Assembly: GCA_964106645.2 (NCBI GenBank)
Contig: OZ067044.1
Length of the DNA: 64,000 bases
Source of the DNA: Podarcis pityusensis
Taxonomy: Eukaryota
Reading direction: 5' to 3' (one strand)
Made by a program: the position numbers and the translations under genes. Shown one piece after another: positions 18,321-27,565 of this stretch (the first letter of the stretch is position 1; each line of letters starts with the position of its first letter). The notes under the pieces were generated by a model. It saw only the letters and a program-made list of their open reading frames with translations, did not search any database and was not told the origin of the DNA.

Positions 18321-20404
18321 CCTCCCTTTCCCTCATAGCTTGGGAGGGAAGGAGTTTAGTGCAGTTGTGCCACCATGCTTAAAATGCACATGTGGAGCTT
18401 GGAATCCACAAGAAAATAATAGACACTGCCCCGCCTCTCCTCTTCAGTCACACAAGCAAGTAAAGCAGCATTTGATAAGAAGAGGTTGGGTGGACAGGGC
18501 TTTAGTAGCAGCTGGTGAAAGCTATAGTAGAAGCTGCCCAGTCTCAATAATGGAGAAAACCTAGCCAGCAGACTAAAAGGATACTGCTACAAAGGACTGT
18601 GTGGCAAACTTGTTCAAAGCTAGCAAACCAGGTATTCTTTTTCTTTTTATCTCTCCCCATAGACACGTGTGTGTTTAATACCTTTACGGCAGGCAGAATT
18701 CAGCAGCTTCACTTGCTGAATTTTTGCCTCCCATGTTAAAAGAAAGGCCTAGCGCCCACTTATTTATCATTGTACAAATTACTCACTGGTGTTAGATGCA
18801 CTGAGCTCTAATAGAGACAATTATTTTACATCTAGGGAGCAAATATTGTCGGCCTGTTCCCATTTATTTTTATTTTGTCTTTAGGATATGGTTTTATTTA
18901 CACATATATGCAACCTGAGCATTGGATGGGAGGGGGTTGGTCTGTTCCCATTTACGTATATGAAACTTCTCTGTACATACGCTGCATTTTGTATGTGTAA
19001 ATATTAATAGGAATGTGAATTGGATTATCACCATTTCTTGTCATGATTCAACAAATGAAGCTTTCACTTATTTTCATGTTGGAAGAAACATCAGAATTTT
19101 ACAGCTGCTATATACATAGGAAATATACTGTGGTGGGGGAAAATGGTGGTAACCTCATCTTCATTTCAAGTTGTGTTCTAGGGTTCCTTTTCCTTCATAC
19201 TTCTGACACTTTCTTACCTGTCCCAGATGGGATTAAATAATCTACCCACCTCCCAGGGCACCCTCAGTATGACTCATGGGATGCTCTTCCTCTTATTTGC
19301 AGAGGGAAGAATTTCCCCCCTCTTATTTTCCTTTTGTAGTCTTTCTTAAATAGAAAGCCAAAATGTTTTTTCCCAGTGAATCTGTTTGACCCACTAGGAC
19401 TTCAATCCTGTGAACATTTGGGAGTAAGCCCCACTGAAAATGAGGAAATACTACAAAGGTTGATTGCCTCTTAACATGCTTTAACCAGCCACAAATGAAG
19501 TAAGATAATGTGTGAGAAAGCATTGGTTTTGCTCCCTCTTTAAAAGTATGGTTATGGATAAAATGGGACTTCTTGGAGTTTAATGGTGTTGCAGGGGCTA
19601 ATCACCTGGGTCTTAGTCTTGCAGTTGGCACTTCATGCTGTGCCGTATTATCTCTAAAAATCCACACACTTGATGTCGCTTAATGTTACAGGCCACTTAT
19701 TGACCATGTTTTAACCACTCTCTTGTAGAAAACCCATGAGAAGGCGGCAAATTTCTGTTCCACTCATCCATTATATGCTTATGAGTGAAGTGGGAATTTT
19801 AGTCCATGCTAACACTGATGGATAATCCCCATTAATAGCTTTTATGTTAGATAAAAGTTATGGTGGTAAACAATTTCTACCTGTAATTTGTAAATTTAAT
19901 TTGTAATTAATTAATTAATTGTAAATATTGAGGCAGAGATTAAATGACTTTCATATAATCGGATTAACAAAGGTGAGTCCTGAATAAGGATTGCATCTCA
20001 ATGGTAATTTTGGAACCACTGTCCTATACAGAAAGGATTGAAATACTTATGACTATGAATGAACCATGACCAAATCCATTAAATGGCAGGTCTCTTCAAC
20101 TTTCATACCCTTTCTTTCAACCTTTATTCTCTTCATTAATTTATAAAACTGGCTGGGAGCTGTACTGTACAACAGGAGACTGGTTGAATGTTGTATGAGC
20201 TTACTAATTATAAGAAACAGGGAGGGAGGCTGTTCCTGAAATAACTAGATCCAGATTACAGTGTAGCTGAAAGGAACAGAGATCTCACCATACTGAATTA
20301 CATAAGAAACCTAGTTACAGATAGGTAGCCGTGTTGGTCTGCCATAGTCAAAATAAAAAAAATCCTTCCAGTAGCACCTTTAAGACCAACTAAGTTAGTT
20401 CTTG

Positions 20405-20442
20405 GTATGAGCTTTCGTGTGCAAGCACACTTCTTCAGATAC
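20405..20442 (-). ncRNA. Minimal hammerhead ribozyme (PLE type), intact core
   Basis: Minus strand reads GUAU-CUGAAGA-A-GUGUGC-UU-GCACAC-GAAA-GC-UC-AUAC: CUGANGA and GAAA cores, 6-bp stem II, palindromic AGCU stem III, CUC cleavage triplet, GUAU/AUAC stem I. Confidence 0.8.
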
Positions 20443-20480
20443 GTATCTGAAGAAGTGTGCTTGCACACGAAAGCCCATAC
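20443..20480 (+). ncRNA. Minimal hammerhead ribozyme copy with mutated cleavage triplet (probably inactive)
   Basis: Same as the minus copy except GAAAGCCC instead of GAAAGCUC (position 20475), losing the conserved U of the NUH triplet. Confidence 0.7.
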
Positions 20481-21049
20481 CAAGAACTAACTTAGTTGGT
20501 CTTAAAGGTGCTACTGGAAGGATTTTTTTTATAAGAAACCTATGTAGCTTAACATGTTCTTGTCCATTTGCTAAGATCGGAAATGAGAGGTGTGTTATTG
20601 TGTACCTGTTGGCCAAAGAGACTACTGTCTTTTCTGTGCACAATTACTTAGGAATAAGGCACATTGACAGAACTGGAAATTACTTTTGAGCAAGCATGAA
20701 TAGGACTGCACTGCACATAAACTTCTTATTGTGGACCAGCCTATTATTTACATTCATGCCCAGATGGATCCTGGAGAAGTTATTTCTCCTTGAAATGCTA
20801 GTAAATGCCCAAATGAGTTGTGAGCTATAGTCTTTCTTAGACATATTACATTTTTTCACTTACTTTGTTCATCTCTACCCTGCTTGTCCTTGTTCTTTTG
20901 TTTAAGGTGAATTCTGGAATACCTTACATTTGGAATCTCTAGTTACTGGTGCCCATTGAAATTTGAAGGGTGGAAGGGAGACCAACAATAGGTAGAGCCA
21001 AACCCAGTGACAGGCAGAGCAAATTCTAATTTTGTTAAAGCGAATTATA

Positions 21050-21800
21050 CCACAGAGGAACGAACACCGCTTGGGCGTAAATTTAACGTTAATTCGGACG
21101 CCTATGCAATGCGCATGCGTGCTCCTGGCTCAAACCATCCCTTCGCTTCCACCCCCACTCATAAGACTACATCTCCCAAAATGCATCAAACAAAAAAAAG
21201 GGCAGGCGGGACTTTCTACCCGTTATATAAAAATAGGGAGAACAAGTGCGCAGGCGCAGGCTCCCTTCTCCTCTCCTCTTGGGTAGCTCGCTCCCTCAGC
21301 TACTACGACAGCCCCTCCCTGGGCGTCATGCGCGTGCGCTGCCTAATTCCGGCCTCTGCCCTCGATAGCCAAAGGGCTGCAAGAAACAGGCCGGAGAAGC
21401 GGGGGGGAGGAGGAGAGAAGGGCGCTCGCGCATGCGCCTCCAAACTGCCTCCTTCTGTTCCCTATACCCGACCTTGTAAGCGGGCGGCGAGGGGATGGGG
21501 CGCGGAGCGGGGCCCGGATGAGGCCGAAGAGGAGCCAAGCTCAGCACAGCCGTCCTGCCAGCGACGGGCTCCCCACCCACCCGCTCAGGTCAGTGCTGGG
21601 GCCATGCTCATGCGCGTGAGGGCTCCCCACCCGACCCGGGTTCTCCCTCACATCAGCTCCGTTGCCTCCGAGAAGGGGGTGAGGGAGGGAAATGTGGCCG
21701 AGCCTGTGGGAAAAGGGCATTAACTGAAGCGCTCTCTGCGGCGCGCATGCGCTAGTATCCCTGTGCAGCGCCCCCTAGCGCCTGGGGGCGCCTTGTGACT
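21050..21800 (+). promoter_or_regulatory. RALBP1: CpG-island promoter of RALBP1 with NRF1-type, ZNF143/THAP11-type and CTCF-type motifs
   Basis: The only non-transposon CpG-dense block seen in the window; GCGCATGCGC-like motifs at 21110, 21247, 21329, 21427, 21742; ACTACATCTCCCAAAATGCAT at 21166-21186; GCAGCGCCCCCTAGCG at 21765-21780. Confidence 0.85.
21400..21588 (+). other. RALBP1: Probable non-coding exon 1 of RALBP1 (start approximate)
   Basis: Strong donor CAG|GTCAGT at 21588/21589 inside the CpG island; exon 2 has an acceptor at 27269 upstream of the ATG, so a non-coding first exon is required. Confidence 0.6.
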
Positions 21801-22477
21801 GAGGCCCGGTTGGTTCTCAGGCTGCCACTCCCTTTTTCTCCTCAGGATTGCTGAATGGGGTGTTGGCATATTGGCACACCCTGCGGGTGGGATGAAAACG
21901 ATGCAAGCAACGTCGACATTATCAACCGCTTTGAGGTGTTTTTTTTGGGGGGGGGGTTGCACTCAAGCGGTGTATAAATTTTATGAAATAAATAAATACT
22001 CTGCAACAAGTGGTTCAGGTTGCAATCCTACGCACACTTAACATGTTAAAAAGGCCCTTTGCATGTAGTGGGGTTAACCTCTGAGTAAATGTGTGTTGTT
22101 CGAGTATCTTCCACTCACCATCATTCCCCCCACCCACTTTTGCCTGCTTAATGCTCCCAGTGACTACTTATGTGGACTCTCTTAATGCATAAACATGCCC
22201 CTTTGAGACTATGGCAGGATGGTTAAAAGATAACTAATTAATGATGTTAAACTGCAACCAGCCAGCCCCCATTCACAAGCATCCTGTTTGTAGGATCAAA
22301 TAAACTTATGAAATGGGAACACAGTGGTAACTATTGTGATTCAGGATGCATTTATGTAATGGTTTTTCTTTTTGGGGGAGTAACTGTTGCAGTCTTCCAT
22401 GTACCCTTTCTTAGTTACTTAGATGTGCAAAAATACAGGGATTTTTTTTTTTTTAAAGGATTACAGAAGCTCATATA

Positions 22478-22993
22478 CCGTATTTTTTGCCCCATAGGAC
22501 GCACTTTTTCCCCTCCAAAAATGAAGGGGAAATCTGGGTGCGTCCTATGGAGCGAATGCAGGCTTTCGCTGAAGCTTGGAGAGCGAGAGGGTTGGTGCGC
22601 ACTGACCCCTCTCGCTCTCCAGGCTTCGGGAAGACATCTGCAGCCTGCTTCCCGGAGCGCCGGGCGCACTGAAAGCAGAGCACCCGGCGCTTCGGGAACA
22701 CATCCGCAGCCTGAAGCAGAGCGCCCCTCGCGCCAGGCAGACATCCGCAGTGTGGGGAGCAGCCTGCCGCCCGGCGTGCGGCGTGCCCTGAAGCAGAGCG
22801 CCCCTCGCGCCGGGCAGACATCGGGCAGCCCCACAAGCTCGGGGGACAGCGGGGAGGCGTAGCGCCGCCATCCCACTGTTCCCCGACTTGGTTTTGGGGG
22901 AGAAATAAAGGAAAACATTTTTTCCTTTATTTCCCCCCCAAAAAACTAGGTGCGTCCTATGGGACGGAGCGTCCTATGGGACGAAAAATACGG
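22478..22993. mobile_element. Tc2-like MITE, same termini as 11022-11565 but different GC-rich core
   Basis: TA|CCGTATTTTTTGC ... CGAAAAATACGG|TA; repeated subterminal GCGTCCTATGG motifs. Confidence 0.85.
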
Positions 22994-25900
22994 TATGTGT
23001 CAGCAGCCAAAAAGAAATCAAACAGAATTGGGGATAAAAAGCAGCCCGTGGCACCCCACAGTGCAACTGCCAAAGGGGAAAACCTAATCCCCTCATGCTA
23101 TTTACTAAATCCAGCCCCTTAGGTATGAGCGGAATCGCTTCAACACAGTGCCACCAACTCACAACACAGAAGTGGCCATAGTCAAAGGTATCAGAAGCTG
23201 TTGAGGGACCAAGCAAGAGCAACAAGGTCTGTCCTGCTTCTGAAGGACATCATGTATCAGGACACCCAAAGATGATTTTGTTCCCAAACAAGGCTCAAAC
23301 CCAGACTGAAATGGGTCAATATCATCAGCTTCCTCTAAGAGTGTCTGCCAGCCCCCTCTCAAGCACCTTACCCCCAAAAGGGGATATTTGTGATAGGGTG
23401 GTAGTTGTCAAACACCTCAAGATCCAAGGAAGGCTTCTTTAGGAGCACTACTGCCTCCTTTGTGTACGTTTATAACATACTTTAGTTTCTGTATTTAATG
23501 AAAACCATAACATACCAGGATTAGTTGAAGAAACAAATACTGTGATATATTTTAAAAGATTTCTAGATTTGTGTCTATGCTCGTAATTGTATTGGTCACA
23601 CAGAATGCTTGTTATTAGCAACAGAGCAAATACTAAAGATACCAGTGCACCTTGTAAAAGAAAAAAAGTTTAAAAATACCTCTCTCTGAAATCCTGGAGA
23701 GCTACTGTCAGACAGGACTGTCCTCATTCAGGCACAGTTGGTCTGGCTTTGGAAAAGGCAGCTGCTTATATCCTTCAGCACCACAAAGAACTCTCTCTAA
23801 GAAAGGTTTCTTTTTGTATGTGTCCTGTTGGGTGCATTTGTTAACACAAGGAATTGTTTTAGCCACACAGAATGATTTCTGTATAGGTGGCTACAGTTTC
23901 CCTAAAGGTTTTGGAAGTGCTTCAAACTGTAGCTGGTTATATATTTACCCAAGCTACATGGTTGCAGCTGCTCCATGGCTGGATCTTCCACAGCTCTGGT
24001 AATATTTGAGTAACAGAGGAAGATCAGTGCAGCAGCAGGAGTGTTTAAATCAAGCTGTTATATGTAAATACAGCTTGCATAGTGCAAGTAACCCCATCCT
24101 GAAGATTGTTAAAGCACACTAAAGCAATTTCAAGTTTGCCTTCCTGGTTCACAGTGAAAGCTTTTCTTCCTCCAATCGGTGACTGATTTGGAAGTCCCAT
24201 GTTCTGTTTTGTATCCCATATCTACATTGCTTGCGCTGTGCTAGTATACCAACCACTGAGATCAAAACAGATTTCATGCCCTGACTTTCAAGGAAAAGAG
24301 ATGGGGAAGTATCATTTTTAAATTTTTCTTGTGATCAGAGAACCTTTGCTAAGCAGCAGGCAAAAACTACCATTCTTCCCACCTCCTCTCTTTCCTTTAG
24401 GAAAGGTTGGCAGGAAGCTTCTCTGGCTGCTTCTCCATAATAGGGCTCATCTGATGAGCTTTTGTGACCATAATTTTTGACTTTGCAGGCAAGGCCAGCC
24501 AAAAAATATGGACCTCTGCACAGATGTCACAAAGTAAAATGCTTCCTCAAAGCTGTGGAAAGCAGTTTTCTCCCCATTCATATTTTTTGGTGTAACCCAG
24601 CCCATTTTAGCCACAATTCAGTTTTAGATCCCACTGACTTCAGTGGGAGCTACGTATGTGCTTAGTTCTCTCTCTGAATTTAATTGAATTGTTCATCCAG
24701 ATAAGATTTTTTTCTTTTTTATTGAGGCAAACATTCTGCCAGATTTGAGCATGTGTGGACACATGATATTAGCTGTGGCTCAGCAAATGAGGAATCTGGA
24801 ATAACAAAATGTTTCCCAGAACATTTCAACACCAGAGAGAGCGGAACTGTTCAGTGTTTGTTATTTGTTGTACCATGACTTTGAAATGAACTTATGATAA
24901 AGGTTATACTGTGTCTGAATGTTTGCTAATAAACTGCTTAAAAAGCAAATTGTGTATGGACTTGAAGAGTTGCAGCTGTGCTGTAAACAAAATAGGAACC
25001 TGACATGGGTCAAATCAGGTTTGTTTATGATACATAGATTCTTTGTATTCCTTCCCTTTGACCCACTTACAGTTAAAGGCACCTTATGGACACTTTTCTA
25101 GCTTTTAGTCATTCAAGGTCAGTGGGGCTACTCAGGGCAAAGTGGTTTAAGTTTTCACTCATGAAGCTCAATTCAGTGCATATTTAGTGAGGGCTAAGTC
25201 TGTTCAGTTATGCTAGGATTGCAGGCTCAGCTGAGAAAACTTCAATTCTGAAATGCAAGGCTATGTTTTCAGAATGAGTTATCTTCTGATTAGGTAGCAG
25301 TAGCTGTTTGATTCAGGGCCAAAACTGCATGAGAGACATGGCATCTATGGTGGGAGCTCCCATTTTTATTTTTTATTTTGAAGTAATTTTAAGGGGATTC
25401 AATTTTTGTTGGAACAGTTGTGTGGAAGGAGAGAGAGATAAACTCCATGACTTCATACTCCTTATCTAAATCTCCAAGGTGTTGTTTCACTGGTGGTTTG
25501 GCACTTGCTCTTGGCTGTGCAACTTAATTGGAGGACCTTCGTAAGACTTTCATAAGCAATAGTAGGCAAGAGAGTGATTCACATGGGAGTTACGAGTTGT
25601 CCTGATAATTTTTATTCTATGATTCTGGTTTTGAAATAACAACATGTTCTACCAGTGTATAGTCTACACATGATAAACTTTAGCGCTGAGAGAGAACAGA
25701 GTGTTCTTTACATAAATGCAAGTCAGTCTGACAGCAAGGATAGCTAAGGCAAGAGATTCAAACAAGGCTTATAGTTTTGCCCTAAGACAATCCCCAGGTT
25801 CTGTGATGGAAATAAACAATGTGCATGCAGGAAATTGGCACAGACATATTTTAAACTAGTGTACTCTTATACTTCTTGTTTTAGGTTTACCTCCTGTTCC

Positions 25901-27321
25901 AAGATATAGAATTCTTCTCTCAGAATTGACATAAAAGGGGAAAGATTATGAGCTAATAGGAGTGTAGGGCAAGAACTAGGGTCCAGGGAGAAAAGGAAGT
26001 ATGAAGAGTAGGTGGGGTGGGGGATCTTCAAATTGCTAAGATTTATTGAGATTAGCAGACCTCTTTGAAAGGTACCTCTGAATATTGAAGGGTTCCCTCT
26101 TCTGCATTGAATTTTGAACTTCAGGTCCCTTTGTTTAAAGTCCTGACTTTAGAAATCCTATAATACTTCACCGCTTGCAAAAAAAAGTGCACTTGCAAGG
26201 CAGAGATGACTGATGAATTTTCTGTCTGATATACATCATTCCAACATCACATTAACCATGCTGTGCTGGGATAACATTGTATTGCATTGTTTGTATTGCT
26301 TTCTTTAAAGTACTTGTACTCTGCCCTTCCAGGCTTGCAGAAGGCAGCACACAATTAAAAAAAATAAATACATAACAGGGCTAACAGGATAGAGTAGTCA
26401 AACTTAAAAATAGCACAGTTTGCTTCAGGTCGAAAGTGGATGTCAGATTTCTCCATCTGATCCATAGTCCCTTTGCTGTAATAGACTTCTACAGGAAAGT
26501 CCATTACTAATTGAAGTTTCTACTTGGATGACATAGAAGATATAATTTGGAATGGAAAAACCCTAGGTTGCAGACGTTTTCCAAAATAGCCATTGTCATT
26601 CTCCTCCTGTCTCATGAACCATGGCATCTATATCCATAAAATTATGCCAAACTGTAAGCTTTAAAATGTTTCCACAATAGCTTCTGCTCTGTCATTTAAC
26701 ATATACAATGCCAGTAATAACCAAAATATGTAGAAGAGAATCAGAAACTTTGGGGGTGTACACTTCAAAATAAGCTTTGGGCCACCACAGATTATATGCC
26801 TACTCTTCTAGTAGAAAGTTCCCAGTGAGGTAGCATTGCATTGCATCTCTCTCTGTATCTGTTTGGGGACAAGTTATAACCAACATAGTGCCACATACCA
26901 ATCATATCCAAAATAAGCAAAATACTGGACTGAACTTGATACAGTCTCATAGAAGACACTGTCCTGGATGTATGAGTATATGATTTGTGATGAGCCAGAA
27001 TGTGGGGTGTAAAGGAAGCTACTCTTAACAAATTCTGAAAATTGAAATTGTACTTCATGGTTGCAGTTGAATTTCAGATTTTTAAACTTGAATCTGAATG
27101 TATGTGATATCATGAGTAGTCCTGTTTATATCATGTGATGAATTCTTGAGTGAAATTGAGTGTAATACATATTGAGTGTAATACATATAGAGCTGTATTG
27201 AAAGCAGTTTCTCTCCCTATAATAGTATTTTGCAGCGACAAAAATACTTTGTGTTCTTTTTATTGCAGGCATAATGGATAGGTAACAGGATATTGTTCTG
27301 CTGTGGTGCCAGAGAGTAAGA

Positions 27322-27565
27322 ATGACGGAGTGCTTCCTGCCTCCCACCAGCAGCCCCAGTGAGCACCGCAGAGTAGAGCATGGCGGGAGTCTTGCTCGGA
27401 CCCCGAGCTCTGAAGAAATCAGCCCAACAAAATTCCCTGGCTTATATCGAACTGGCGAGCCATCACCACCTCATGACAGCCTGCATGAGCCTCCAGATAT
27501 TGTGTCTGATGATGAGAAAGAACATGGGAAGAAGAAAGGAAAATTTAAAAAGAAGGAGAAAAGAA
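27322..27565 (+). CDS. RALBP1: RALBP1 first coding exon (exon starts 27269): MTECFLPPTSSPSEHRRVEH...KKKGKFKKKEKR
   Basis: Recognisable RLIP76 N-terminus; acceptor ttattgcag ending 27268; donor GTAGGT at 27566; phase 1. Confidence 0.97.

Larger units (their letters stand above)
20314..20530. mobile_element. Penelope-like element (PLE) terminal fragment as inverted pseudo-LTR, with 12-bp target-site duplication
   Basis: ATAAGAAACCTA at 20302-20313 and 20531-20542; arms 20355-20442 and 20443-20530 are reverse complements with one mismatch; hammerhead cores in each arm. Confidence 0.85.

Noticed and set aside
21007-21723. 238-aa ORF across the CpG island
   Set aside because: Starts at GTG, GC-driven lack of stops, no recognisable protein; it spans the promoter and exon 1.
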